Source: Schizochytrium sp. TIO01
Taxonomy: Eukaryota > Protista > Bigyra: Labyrinthulomycetes
Assembly: GCA_004764695.1 (NCBI GenBank)
Contig: SMSO01000032.1
Span: forward strand, 7,100,483-7,164,482
Direction: 5' to 3'
DNA: 64,000 bases
Both the position numbers and the translations under genes were made by a program. The notes beneath the pieces are model-generated. The model did no database searches. It was given only the letters and a program-made list of their open reading frames with translations, and was not told the DNA's origin. Positions 22,486 through 35,156 of this stretch are shown here, one piece after another; the stretch's first letter is position 1, and each line of letters starts with the position of its first letter.

Positions 22486-25210
22486 CTCGACGCTAGTGGT
22501 GGTGGTAATGCAAGTATATTGATTGCGATGCGACTATGCTGACAACGGCGACGCCAGTGCTGTTGATGCTGATCTTATTTGTTCAAGAGAACTGGGCTAC
22601 TTCTAGCGATTCTGACCTCGCTTCGTTCGCAGCGAGTGAATAAAGAGTTCTTTTCTCGATTCCATACTATTATGGTGTTCTTTTTTTAATAGAACGATTA
22701 ACCATCGCACTACTCTTACCACCACGTAAGAGCAAAATGCCGTGCTATTACACTCTCACTCAGAGGCTACTGCTTCTATCAAGAGGCTCTTGATTTGGGT
22801 AGAAACCCAAGCCAGAACAACCACTCATTGTACTGTTGTGTTACACAGAGCAAGCTGTGGCTGTAGACACCTATGTACATAGCCAATCTAAACAAAGTTC
22901 GCAATCTTATTCTTAAATGTTTATTTCGTTTGGCCTGATCTTCGCTAACTTGTCATTACAATATAGTTGCAGAGCTTTGATCCTACCCTAGTCGTGAGAA
23001 CAATTCATTAAGTTAAGCTCAATGGATAGACGAATCAATTGTCGTTTTGCAATAGCTACACGTAAGTACTTGTTGCACAGATTCTGAGTAATAATCATCA
23101 TGAGTTTAATTTGGAAACCTATGTTTTCATGGATCACCCGCGTAACTCCATGAAACTCACACCTATTCAAATTAAATACAAAATTGCGGAGCTCGACGTC
23201 ATGGCTTGCAATGCCACACAAGTGCCAAGAAGGTTGCATGTACCTAATCAATCTCTTCTTCATTTGGCATCTAATTTTCAATGTTGAAATCCCGTATGCG
23301 AGTTCTAAGAAATGGGGAACCAAGCAACATACTCCTACTATAAATTTGGGATGCTGATACGTTTGGGAGGAAGGTTCCAACATACCATCCAGTGAATGGA
23401 TAACCGGAAATTAATTGATCCCCTTCTTCGAATTTTCTCTCACTTTGTCGTCCTTCAAAGCTATCTTACAGAGTAAGAGTAAGTTATCACCACGTTCTGG
23501 CCCACCTTCCTTCTCACACGCACTGGCTCGATGATCCTAAATTAGTTATACTAAGTCTCCTCATTTATGGGTGCGGTAAAATTTTGGGGCCCTTGATCTA
23601 GTTCTACGAGGTCGTCCTCAAGTAGAGGACACTTGCTAAAGGTAATAAACGTTCAAGTTAGCGAGCCCTTAGGTCACCTGAAGCTTTGAGATGACAACAT
23701 CTGTCATCGATGCCATCTTTTTCGTGTTCGTCTGCGCATTTGCTGCTCTGCTCTCCTATCTGTAAATATGGACAAAGTCTCAACTAGCGATATTGCTGAT
23801 GGTGATGGTTGGCACTGGACTATTACCACCACTACTACTACTACGCATAGTGAAGGCACTCAAAATATTGTTCAAAAGAGTGGCTTGGTTGGGCCTGTGG
23901 ATGATGAGTAGCTCGTTATAGGGCGCAGGCTCTGGCACTCTAAGTTTTTTCTTCATAGTTAGGCCCCTGCCCAGATAAATGTTCTGATAAGACGAGCCAC
24001 TTGGTCCTTAGCAATAGATACTAGAAAACCAGTTCACAGTTTGAAGTTCCTGTTCCTGAGAAGCGAGTTCTTGACCATCAAAGGAATTCGCAGGAGTAGC
24101 CTCGACATTTATTGTTTGTGTATTTAGCTAAAGAAAAGTGGAAAACACACTCTGAGACAAATTTTATTCTAACAATTTGACTATGTATTAATATTGGGTG
24201 TTTTCAATCCTGGTTCCTTTGATTTAGCATTTATTGCTGCCATCGCTGTGCTCATCCAAGTATCAACGAGTTTATCTGCTCATGGAAGTGAGTCATATCG
24301 CTTTAGGATCCTGCTATTTGTCTGGTGTTTTCCTCAACTACTAGTAGGCAGAATCACTCTCTACGTATGTGTCTAATGCTCAATACTCCTAATAGCTAGG
24401 CCCTAGGTACTTGCTACATCTTTTGAGGCGGCGCTTTTTCTTTTCCAAATTCTTTCCACGCTTTAATCAAAAAAACTAATCTGCGTCAAATGGCATCAAA
24501 GCTTTCGCAATGGAGCTGCAGAACGAAGCCTTCAGCGTGCCTTGCCTCGAAGAGCTCCAAGACAGGCATAGCCAGCGTGTTGAAAGCGACCTTCCTCAAG
24601 TGTCTCATTGTAGGTACAGTATAGTACACGATTCTCGCTCTGCATTTCTTGAAAGCACTTCATCGACATTCTCCAGCTCATTGAGCAGCAACTTAAGGTC
24701 GTCAAATCGGCGACTTGTGATTGATTGTATTGCGAAACACGATCACTATTTTTGTCTTTTCTCGTCCTGTTTTAGAAGCGTATTGGTGGCAAGAATTGGT
24801 TTGGCTGTTCGGAATGTGCCAAGAAGGAAGGAAAATTTGCAGGCAGAGTGTCTCGGCATCCTCGCTGCTTCAGTGGCAGACACCTCGAGTCCATGCTGTC
24901 AGGTCACCTTCGTGCGAGTTTGCGTGTGTATTTCTGATTGACGAACAGCCACATTCACCGATCTCAACTTGCTTCTTGAAGAGACAGGCCTCCATCCTTC
25001 TTGACTTCGTACGTGCGCAACACGAATAGCAACGCGATCAACAACTGCTAGTAGCTAGATAGAAGCTACTGTAGGTGTGACGATCCGCTTTTAAAGGCAA
25101 CTTCAGGTCCCCTATTTCTTTTCTTCTCCTATGCTGGGAGTAGGTAGTGCTACTCCCCTATACCTACCTATAGTTATGTTCTATAAATGCTTTCTGAGTC
25201 AAGAAACTTT

Positions 25211-25266
<56 letters not shown>

Positions 25267-25268
25267 AA
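25211..25268. repeat. (AAAG)n microsatellite
   Basis: About 14 perfect aaag units. Confidence 0.97.
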
Positions 25269-25314
25269 AACTGAGGTGTTTTATGTTTAGTTTAACTGAC
25301 TTAGTGCCGGAAAC

Positions 25315-25375
25315 CATTACATTACATTACATTACATTGAATCACAATGACATCACATTGACATCACATCACATC
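25315..25375. repeat. (CATTA)n/(CATCA)n pentanucleotide tract
   Basis: cattacattacattacattacattg...catcacattgacatcacatcacatc. Confidence 0.8.
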
Positions 25376-25983
25376 AGCATTTGTTCTTGTGAAATCGACG
25401 AATCCATCACAATCAATCCATCACAATCAATCGCACGGCCATCGATCAGCCAGCCAACCAGCCAAGTCGCTAGCCAGCAAGCTCCGCCATGCGTGCGAAG
25501 CTGGGTCCCGCTCTGCGAGCAGACAAACAAAGGTCTCTCCGCTGCCCAAGGTTTACAGGTCAGCCCGAGTATTGGCCCAAATGAATAAGCGAACAGAATC
25601 AATGAATCAATGAGTCATTCATTCTATCGAACAGTCAACCAACATATCGGCCAACAAGACAAGAGCGGGCAGCGCGAAAGTATCGGCTTAAATGCAAAGA
25701 ATCGGCAGGGTTTACTGCCACGCACAGCGAAGCTTGGCCTGTTGGTACGGAGAAAAGCGCTCACTCACTCACGAGCAGATGCGAACAGTCGTAAGTACCT
25801 GTTCTAGCTCAACTTCAGACACAATGTTATCTCACTCCCTGCGAAAGAAGCAGCAGGAGACCTGCCAGGACGAGAACTTCACTTCAAAGCAGGTCATGCA
25901 GGTCAGCTGCATTCCAGGTAGGCTCTCGTTGGCTTTGCACCTCAAGAGCCACGCCGATCTGCAGAAGAAAGCAAGCTTGCGCT

Positions 25984-26026
25984 GTTTGTTTGTTTGTCTA
26001 TTTGTTTGTTTATTTGTTTGTTTGTT
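25984..26026. repeat. (TTTG)n microsatellite
   Basis: gtttgtttgtttgtctatttgtttgtttatttgtttgtttgtt. Confidence 0.85.
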
Positions 26027-26764
26027 AGTCTCAACTGCTTTCTCTCGGTACTCCTGGCTGCCTGGCTGGCTAGCCAGCTAGCTAGGTAATTAGGTAGCAG
26101 TGGCAGGAGATGGTCTCTGTTTCTTTTGGGCATCCCTGAAGTTTACTCTACTGTGTGTTTCTGGATACTTCATAGTACACGGGGGTGTACACAGTAGGGT
26201 ATTCGCCTCTCGCACAGAAGGTTATAGGCTGAAGGCGAAAGAAGGCGGGAGGAAGAAGTGAGGAAGAAGCGCAGCGAAAAAAAGACAAGGACCGCGTATT
26301 TTTATCCATACATTAGTAACCACCTGACTTGATTTAAATACGCGCAGAACACTTCTACAATAATATATGGGTAAGCCATGTAGTCTTGTATTATTTATTG
26401 AAGCGCGCAGAGTGAGGGAGGAAAAGAAAAAAGGAAGAAAAAAAAAGAAAATGAGACAACTAGGGACCGCTGTAATGTTAACACTATGAGCGTAGAATGA
26501 TACGTGCCTGGCGATGATAAGTAGGCGTAATGTGTCTTACCAACTAAACGATTATTCCCTACGAACTCATTCAAGATCTTGTGATTCTCGCCCGTCAATG
26601 AGTCAAACGTAGAAGATAGTGCGGAGGTAGCTTAGTGGGGCCCTGATTGTAGGAGGCATTGGCACAAGCCGAAGCTGATTAGGCCGAAACGTATCAAACT
26701 GAAGTAAAATGTATTAAACAACAAGCAAACAAACAAATAAAATGAGGATAAATAAAATACGTGT

Positions 26765-26818
26765 CTTCTTTTTCTTTTCCTTTTTCTTTTCCTTTTTTTT
26801 TTTTTTTTTTTTTTTTTT
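26765..26818. repeat. pyrimidine / poly-T tract upstream of SYF1
   Basis: cttctttttcttttcctttttcttttcc followed by an uninterrupted T run of more than 25 nt. Confidence 0.9.
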
Positions 26819-27097
26819 CGCATGCCTACTACTGCCTAGATATCTAATACTAGGTTTTCAGGTACTTTCACCATACTCTCTAATAAAAGATAAATAAAAA
26901 AATTAACATTTTCGTTCAAAAGTATGGAAGGTGTAGTATTTTAATACAGCAGAGACTGTTAGGCCTATGGTAGCCTAATTAGAGGCTGATGAAGAATGAT
27001 ATGAATAATATGAATGAATGACAGAGACGCCAAACTTGAATCAATCGCTCCTCCGCGGAGGCCTGCAGGCAGGTCGGCGCGCTGAGGCGGTTCCGCG

Positions 27098-29509
27098 ATG
27101 GAGGTGGCGGAGGAAAACCTCGTGCGGGAGCCCCACGTGGTGCGGCGGTGGGTAGAGTACCTGGCGCTCCGCAAAGACGCGGCTTTCGCGCTGCGAGTGG
27201 CCATCTACGAGCGCGCCCTCTTCCACCTGCCTGGCAGCTACAAGTTATGGTCCCGATACCTCGACGAAAGATGCAAACATGTGCGTGCAAGGCCGCTCTC
27301 CGACGAGGAGTGGGAGGCCACCAATGAGGTCTTTGACAGGGCCCTGGTCTACATGAATAAGATGCCGAGGATCTGGATCATGTATGCCACATTTCTGATG
27401 TCGCAGGACCTCATTTCTAGGTGCAGGTTAGCCTTTGACGACGCTCTGAGAGCCCTCCCGGTGACCCAGCACGATCGTGTTTGGGAAGAATACTTGAATT
27501 TCGTGCGCAAGCACAACGTCATCTGGCAACTCGGATGCCACGTATGGCCAAAGTATTTGCAGTTTGAGCCGCGTCACCGTGAGCTCTATGTTGAGTACCT
27601 GCTCAATGCCAACCGTCATGCGGAGGCCATGGAGCAGATTGGCATTATGGTCAGCAAGCCAGGGTTCTCGTCAATTCAAGGTCGAACTCTGCACGATATT
27701 TGGATCCAGCTCTGCGACCTCATTGTGAAATACCCAGCCAAAGCAGCCTCCCTGGGCCCTAACAAGCTCGACGTGGAGGGCGTGCTTCGAGCAGGCCTGA
27801 AAAGGTTTAGTGACGAGACAGGACGTCTGTGGTGCGCACTTGCAGAATACCACATCAAACTCGGACGGTTCGGTGCCGCGGAGGATGTCTATGAGGAAGG
27901 CATGCGCTCTGTCCGCACAGTGCGAGATTTTAGTACCATTTTTGATGCCTATACACAATACCAAGAGTCAATGTTGAATGCCAAGATGGACCTTTTTGCC
28001 GACGAAGACGATACAGACGCCGCAGAAGGCGAATCAGATGCCATGTCAATCACAACTGGAGAAAGGCGCCGTCGCGCGGCCTCGGCACCCTTTTACCAAG
28101 TCAACGCTGACTCCGAAGACAAGATCAACGATGTAGATCTTCGGCTTGCTCAAATGTCCCACCTCATTGACCAGCGCCCATTCCTGCTTAACGAAGTTAT
28201 GCTACGACAAAACCCTCACAACGTTGAGGAGTGGCTCAATCGCGCAAACCTCTTTCGCGAGAAGAACGATCTCACGCAGGTTGTTCTTACCCTTAACCGT
28301 GCTTTGGATACGGTGAACCCTGCTCTGGCCGTGGGAAGGCCGAGCGAGCTCTGGATCCAACTCTCCAAGGTATACGAAGATAACAAGGATTCCAACGAAG
28401 CCCGCAAGGTCCTTGCTGCTGCAGCAGAGTCCCCCTTCAAAGACGTGGAAGACCTCGTTGCTGTGGTATGTGCCTCTATCGAACTGGAACTTCAGCATGA
28501 AGCATTTGATCGCGCACTCGCCATTGCTCGCGATGCGGTTCAACCTCCTTCAGAGCGTATGATTGCAGAAAAGCTTGCCTTGCAGCGCCAAAAGCGTGCC
28601 AAAGGCATGGCCGAGGAGGACAAGAACGAGATTGTTAAGGAAAAGTTCCGCTTGCATCAAAAGCTCTTCAAATCTACGAAATTATGGGGCTTGTATGCCG
28701 ACCTCGAGGAAAACTATGGTACTCTTCAAACTGCACGTGCGGCCTATGAGTCTATGATTGACCTAAAGGTCGCCACCCCTCAAACTATTCTCAACTTAGC
28801 CTGCTTACTGCACGAGAATAACTTTTACGAAGATGCCTTTAAGGCTCTCGAGAAAGGTGTTCACATGTTCGATTGGCCCCATGTGGGCGACATCTGGACA
28901 GCATACTTGGCCAAATTTGTCAATCGCTACGGAGGCTCAAAGCTGGAACGGACGCGCGAGCTTTTCGACCAGGCCCTCTCCGGTGCCCCGGGGGATCAGG
29001 CCAAGCCTGTATTTCTGCTCCTCGCTGATTTTGAGGAAAAACACGGGGACTCAATGCGAGCCATGGACACCTATGAACGCCTCTGCAAAACAGTGCCAGA
29101 GGACCAGAAGGTTGACATGTACATCCGAGCTGCCGTCAAGGCCCAGGAGTTGATTGGAGTCTCGCGTGTTCGTAGCGTATTCCAAGCCGCTTTAGAGGAC
29201 CTCGAAGACCCTGCAAACTTGCGTGAAATTAGCCTTCGCTTCGCAGAAAAGGAGCGCTCGCTCGGGGAGATTGACCGCGCCCGTGCAATTTACAAGCATG
29301 GCGCACAGTTTGCCAACCCTCGGACTGTTCTTTCGTATTGGAAAGAGTGGCTGGACTTTGAAGTTAATCATGGCAACGAGGACACTTATAAGGACGCATT
29401 AGCAACACAACGCGCAATCAAGGTTCGATTTCAGGACACAAATTATGCTGCTGACCCGGACGATGACGATCTTGAACCAGCTGCAAAGCGAACAAGAACA
29501 AAAGCGTAA
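27098..29509 (+). CDS. SYF1: pre-mRNA splicing factor SYF1/XAB2 (HAT/TPR repeats)
   Basis: Motifs YERALFHLPGSYKLWSRYL, MNKMPRIW, ALRALPVTQHDRVW, LRQNPHNVEEWL, YGGSKLERTRELFDQAL, LGEIDRARAIY, FEVNHGNEDTYKD. Confidence 0.96.
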   Translation: MEVAEENLVREPHVVRRWVEYLALRKDAAFALRVAIYERALFHLPGSYKLWSRYLDERCKHVRARPLSDEEWEATNEVFDRALVYMNKMPRIWIMYATFLMSQDLISRCRLAFDDALRALPVTQHDRVWEEYLNFVRKHNVIWQLGCHVWPKYLQFEPRHRELYVEYLLNANRHAEAMEQIGIMVSKPGFSSIQGRTLHDIWIQLCDLIVKYPAKAASLGPNKLDVEGVLRAGLKRFSDETGRLWCALAEYHIKLGRFGAAEDVYEEGMRSVRTVRDFSTIFDAYTQYQESMLNAKMDLFADEDDTDAAEGESDAMSITTGERRRRAASAPFYQVNADSEDKINDVDLRLAQMSHLIDQRPFLLNEVMLRQNPHNVEEWLNRANLFREKNDLTQVVLTLNRALDTVNPALAVGRPSELWIQLSKVYEDNKDSNEARKVLAAAAESPFKDVEDLVAVVCASIELELQHEAFDRALAIARDAVQPPSERMIAEKLALQRQKRAKGMAEEDKNEIVKEKFRLHQKLFKSTKLWGLYADLEENYGTLQTARAAYESMIDLKVATPQTILNLACLLHENNFYEDAFKALEKGVHMFDWPHVGDIWTAYLAKFVNRYGGSKLERTRELFDQALSGAPGDQAKPVFLLLADFEEKHGDSMRAMDTYERLCKTVPEDQKVDMYIRAAVKAQELIGVSRVRSVFQAALEDLEDPANLREISLRFAEKERSLGEIDRARAIYKHGAQFANPRTVLSYWKEWLDFEVNHGNEDTYKDALATQRAIKVRFQDTNYAADPDDDDLEPAAKRTRTKA

Positions 29510-30687
29510 ATCACTCGCGTACACATATTTTAACCCCTGCCTCAATGTCAGCCCTTATACATCAAGTCAGACACGCACACAGATATGCAGACAGACACAT
29601 CTGGCTTGTAGCTAGCTAGCTCCCTCGTATATATCTATCGCAATATTGACCACTGCTCATAGATGTGCGTACCATCTATCCATGTTTTCTGGCGAGGTTT
29701 GTCTTGATGTCATACATGCACTAGTCAGCAGCAGGGGGGGAATCCGAGGGAAATAGATCGTCTAAATTCCTTTTATACGGCACCCCCTCTTCTTTTTCGT
29801 TCTCTTCCGCTCATGACTTTACCTATACCTACCTAAATACCAACCAGCCCACTTCCCCTGCACCATGCTCCATGCTCCATGTTCAATGTTTAATGATCAT
29901 ATGCGAGTTCATGTGATGTGGACTCGATCTGGCTCGCTCTACTAGCCACATTCGCACATATCCTTCATCCTCCCCTCATTCCTTATTAACAAACTGAATG
30001 TCCACAAGTCAAAATTATCCCCATCCTCCGTCAGTTTCTTCATGCTTTACTTTTTCCCAACTTGATGGCTACTTGATTTCACATTCACATTTTGGCACAA
30101 ACGTGTCTTCCTGACCTCCTCATATATTCTTTTCCGTATTGTAATGGATTATTCCAATTTGAGCATACCCCCCCCCGATTAACAAACAAAACAAAAGCTC
30201 CTTTACCGTGTGACGAGCCTTTGTATAACTCCAAGCAACTATCACTTTGAGATTTAAAAATAAACACAAAAAAACAGAAGAACAAAATAAATAAATGTAA
30301 CTTACTAAAGGCTTGAGAGCTTATCAATTTCCTCAATACATTTTCGATGATGTAGGGTTATAATTAGTAGTCGAAGAATTACTTATATTGATAGTTTTAA
30401 TAACTTTTAAATTAATTGCCAAACCTACAAAGCTGGTTTCAACGAAATGACTCCCCTCCTGCTTTATTCATTTTCTTAAGGAAAGAAAATAAAGCTTTGT
30501 ATTTACAACAAAACAGGTATAGCCCACATTGACTAAAGCACGAGCAGGAAAGTTTATCAGACATCACTACATGTTTTCTTATTTTATTTCTACCTTGGTA
30601 TATTATACACAATCTGACGCGAGCTATAAAAGTTCACGCGAAACTTAATCATTTTAAGGACCCCTTTTTTACTGTGCATAGTCTAAT

Positions 30688-33420
30688 TTACTTATCGTGC
30701 ATTCGAAGGTATATGTCGTACACCCTTGGCATTTCAAATACAGAGTCATCATAGAAAGTCTCGATAAGAGGAAGAATAGTCTGAGATTGGAGGTACTCAG
30801 CGCGATGACAAACCTTCAAAAGAAGCTTCAAAGGCCGAGAGTGTGAATATGGATCAAGTCCGGTTTCAATCTGATGAAGCCATTGCAAAAGCTGCACTAG
30901 CACTACATCATCCCCATGAAGAATGTCGCCATCCAGAATACGATCAACTACAGCAAGAACCTTAAGCATTGTATCCTGTCCTTTCGCACAACGCCAAATC
31001 TCCTGGAGAATTGGAATACATTCCTTCACAATAGTCTTATTATGACGAGCGCTATGATAAATACGTTCTAGATCACGCATACGTATCGGAGAATCATCTT
31101 TTGTGAGGTTGATTAGAATACGATGCAGCTCTTCAGTGTGGGTTATCCACTGACCTGCAACGGAACCATGAAGACGTCGCCGCATATTCTCCATAGTACG
31201 CTGAATGCCTTTGTCAGTATGTGAACCTATCACTGCTGACTTCAGCCCAGTAAACTCATTAATTGCACTTGCCAGCTGCGTGATTTCCCGCTTCGTGAAA
31301 GGAAACAGCTTTATCACCTCTGTATTAGTATAGATCGCAAGATACGAGCGTGATCGATCCAACGCGCCAAACGTAAAGTTTTTTAAAGCTGAGAGAGGGA
31401 TCGTATATAAAGACTCTGAAATTTCCTCCAGAGCGTCCGGATCTAATTCTTCACCGTCTGGAAATTCACTTTGAAAAATATGCTGTGGACCCATTTCATT
31501 ACCAATGTGACTTGCCAATAAACGATGAAAAGCACGAGCTATAGGAGATGCAACATGACATACACGAGCATTAGAAGAATTACAACGCTTTCCGCCTGTA
31601 TTCCCTAAATATCTTGAATTGTAATGACGTATGACGGACTCATCTGATGGATCTCCTCTCTTTGCTTCTACATCATAAACACTGTTAAGATTCAGATTGC
31701 CATTGTCTCGATCAGCATCATTCGTCATTACAGACTCTGAGTCTGACATACCGAATCCTGTGATAGGACCAACAGTGGCATTGACCATGATCCACGTTAA
31801 TCGATTTTTGTATAAACGGAAGGTTCCATAAGATTTAGAGGTCATCTCGTCGTCACCGACAAGGTCAGGCTGGGCTAATGCGATGCTCTCAGGGTTTGTG
31901 TCTACTTGGAGCCAAATCCCAGCTACCTCTGCCACCTTGGTACCTTGCGGCGCTGTGTAATACTTATCCGGATCAAAATCCACCGAAGTTGGCTTATACT
32001 TTCGAGACTCATTCCGTGCGGGGTCAATTAACTCTGAACCGCGCCTTTCGAATGCTAATTCTTCTTCCTCAGGTACTGTTGAGCTTGGTCGCCCACCACC
32101 TGACGTTGAAGAATGGAAACCAGCTGATGTGGAGGAGATCAATGCGGAGGGATCCCTAGGGATCATTGCATGGCGGTGAGGCTGAACTCCACCGGTCATG
32201 CTTGCCATTGGGGCTCCCATCCATTGGGATGTAGATGAATTCAAGTGGCTCAAAAGTCGATTTGCCGACTCCATTCGAAGTGATGCTTCTCTGCTTTGGC
32301 TTTGGTGACCAGAGCTCTTGTTTCGACGCTGAGTAATATTGTGACGCGAGCTCATTTGTAAATGAGTCGCCTTTGTAGCTTCTAGTGCACGATCTAGTAC
32401 AACCCTGCACTCATTCACAACATTTTCGATTTCTACGAGTAGTGATTGAGGGTAAATAAATTCAGCTGCTGATCCACTGAGTTTAAGTGCTTCAGAGTAT
32501 AAAGCATACGCTGTTGGAAGGGAAGGAGGAAATGAACTCGTCTGCCGTATGAAGGCTCGAGCAACATAACCAAACCTGGTTTCTAGTTCAGAAACCTGTG
32601 AAGACTCCCTCTCCATAGCTTGCATGTAAGACATCAATGCCATGTAGGATTCGCTGCGCATCGATCGATCTCGGAGTTTTAATACAAGTAGTTTTTTATC
32701 ATAACTTCCAAATGAGGTTACCCGCTCCTCAAAAGCAATACTGCGAACCGCGCTAAGGAGGTTCGCAGTGCCAAATTGTGTAATGTCTCCTTCGCCATAT
32801 ACGTTGAAGGCATTTTTAATAACTTCTTCAACCTCAAGTGCTGACAATGAGGTCTGCATAACAGGAAGAATTGGACCCAAAGGTTGCCTCCCTAAAATGT
32901 CAAAGGTGGTTATTTGCGCTTGTCTCGATAACACTTTGCTATGTAAACCTGTTCGCAGCGAGGCATAAACTCGAATCACCTCCACTGCACCAAGTGGAGA
33001 ACCTGCTGGAGTGTCAATTCCAAAATCATCCAGCCAAGAAATAAGACTATCGAGTAAGCTTTGATGTTTCACAGCAAGAGCTTCACGAAAAATATGTGCC
33101 CATGCTCGGTAAATGTTTAAGATTCGAAATTGGTTGGTTTCTTCTGCCAAGCCTGAGGGGGGAAGAGGTTCAGGAATCGGGCTTTGTGTGTATGATGAAT
33201 GAGCACTAATTCGCCCATTACCATCATCATGGGCGCCTAGAGAGCTTGCTGCTGATGTAGTTCGCTTAATATATGGAGTGTCTTTGTTTGAAAGGCGTTC
33301 ACGAGTACGAGCATCAAGAAAACGTTTTAGTGAGGATATTTCTGCCGTACCTGAAAAGACACTGCAAAGCTGCTCCACTCGATCTTCAAAAGATGGCACC
33401 ACCTCTTCAGTAGGGTTCAT
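30688..33420 (-). CDS. uncharacterised 910-aa protein, tentatively a split PH-like fold plus a C-terminal ENTH/VHS-like helical domain
   Basis: Long ATG-initiated ORF with an AT-rich 3' flank. The domain calls are weak by-eye resemblances (GTFRLYKNRLTW...YTIPLSALKN...helix; LTKDDSPI...MLKVLAVVDRIL). Confidence 0.8.
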   Translation of the reverse strand: MNPTEEVVPSFEDRVEQLCSVFSGTAEISSLKRFLDARTRERLSNKDTPYIKRTTSAASSLGAHDDGNGRISAHSSYTQSPIPEPLPPSGLAEETNQFRILNIYRAWAHIFREALAVKHQSLLDSLISWLDDFGIDTPAGSPLGAVEVIRVYASLRTGLHSKVLSRQAQITTFDILGRQPLGPILPVMQTSLSALEVEEVIKNAFNVYGEGDITQFGTANLLSAVRSIAFEERVTSFGSYDKKLLVLKLRDRSMRSESYMALMSYMQAMERESSQVSELETRFGYVARAFIRQTSSFPPSLPTAYALYSEALKLSGSAAEFIYPQSLLVEIENVVNECRVVLDRALEATKATHLQMSSRHNITQRRNKSSGHQSQSREASLRMESANRLLSHLNSSTSQWMGAPMASMTGGVQPHRHAMIPRDPSALISSTSAGFHSSTSGGGRPSSTVPEEEELAFERRGSELIDPARNESRKYKPTSVDFDPDKYYTAPQGTKVAEVAGIWLQVDTNPESIALAQPDLVGDDEMTSKSYGTFRLYKNRLTWIMVNATVGPITGFGMSDSESVMTNDADRDNGNLNLNSVYDVEAKRGDPSDESVIRHYNSRYLGNTGGKRCNSSNARVCHVASPIARAFHRLLASHIGNEMGPQHIFQSEFPDGEELDPDALEEISESLYTIPLSALKNFTFGALDRSRSYLAIYTNTEVIKLFPFTKREITQLASAINEFTGLKSAVIGSHTDKGIQRTMENMRRRLHGSVAGQWITHTEELHRILINLTKDDSPIRMRDLERIYHSARHNKTIVKECIPILQEIWRCAKGQDTMLKVLAVVDRILDGDILHGDDVVLVQLLQWLHQIETGLDPYSHSRPLKLLLKVCHRAEYLQSQTILPLIETFYDDSVFEMPRVYDIYLRMHDK

Positions 33421-35156
33421 CCTTTCTTGATGTGGAAGTGGCGGATTTTAGCTTCAGCTGCCAAAACGCAGAGAGCGCACGGCGCCCTCGCGTTTGTGAC
33501 CGCCAGACAACTTCAGCGGGTGTCTAAACGGTGAAGCAGTGACGACCAAATCCCCAGAGATATCAGAAATGCTTTGACCGAGTTTGCTGGATAGTTCTAG
33601 CCAGAAAGTTGTCAGAAAGTTGCTTTCTCAATTGGCTATTTCCTAGTCGTCTTGTTCGAAAAAAGTATTCTATCACTGCACTTGGCTATTTCACTCTTCA
33701 TGCAATGCGTGACACCTCGGCAGGCTAGACACGACTCCACGTCGCGTGCCACCTCGCGCAGCAAAGACAGTTGATCTACCGAGGCTGCTAATTTTAAAGC
33801 CTTGCCGTGCTATGCTGTTCACGCGCCTGCTTTTTGCTACCTTTTCATGCCAAAAGCGTGTGCACTAGCTTGCAGTACAGTTCCACAATGAAAATTTAGT
33901 TGTCTACACTCATATCACAACTTGAAAAACTTAACACTAACACTTTACTTCTTCATTAGCTATTCTGTCGCCTTCTTCCAATTATTATACCAATCTTGAC
34001 AGGTTCTCTCTGAACTTCACCTTCAGTGCTTGTAGCGCTCACAGCACTTACATAAAAGTTGCTTACGCACCTGTCGATGATAGCAGCTCCGAATCAACGA
34101 CCGTAGTGTCTACTTGTAACGGATCAAAAAAAAAAAAGCATTAGTACTTAGTAAAGGTTTTACTATAAAAGACAATATTTCTCTAAATGTTAAAAAAGGA
34201 AACTAAATTAAGCTACCAATATGGTTTTAGCTACCCCTGCGTGGTGAACAACAAAAGTCTCCCCATAGCAGAAAGCATTTCATTGCTCGAAAAAGCGTTG
34301 TCCATGACCGCCTGCTTAGCATTTTGCATAAAACACGGGAAATAATTCTTCCACGTAATAGTTCACGCCATCACGACTTAGGTGTGCAAAATAAAGGTAA
34401 ATAACCCCTATCTTGCAGGTGAGTACTTTCTCTACGGTGTCTCTGCTATTACGTTACTTTACAAATCCCGTGCCTTGCCTTCCTTTTTTAAATTAACAAA
34501 TATTCATTCTGATTTTAGAATTTGGCTCTTCACTTGCGCATCTCATCTTCTCAGGGTTCTCCGTTCTTGACTCCCGTGAGTTTTTTCTTGATGATTGGTG
34601 TGTAATCAGAGTCATTTTGTAGGCCTTACAGAACCTTAAGATGGCTAGATGGTGCGATACTAGTCATTTGTAAATAGTTCGTAACAACACCAGATCCCTT
34701 CACATGAATCCTTGAAAGACACCGCTCTCGTTATTTTTTTAGTTTTCCATTTTTTCCCTCATGGGTATAGAGCACCTACCTACCAGTGAAATGGTTTTGC
34801 CTCCTAGAACATCATTTCGTTCTGCGTGTGCACTAAACCCATAGCTTGAGAACTTGAGCTAGAATCTCATTTTAGAAAGTGAAGAAATATGAAAAGTGCT
34901 ACGAAGCTGATGTCATGGGTGCTGAAGCACCACCATAGGGTGGTGCAGCATATAATTGTTGAGATTAGTAATGTCGCCTGGGCGTTTGTAAGGAGCAGAT
35001 CATCGCCCGCGTTGTGGCTTAAAAAGCAATAAACTAGTTTGATGTCTGCAAGGCTGGGGATTGTACGGTTTTAGTGTATTCTAGAGAATACAGAACCCAG
35101 CACCAGGATTAGGCAGAGGCCGCGTGGTGGCGGCCAAGGCCTTTTGAGATTGGAAA

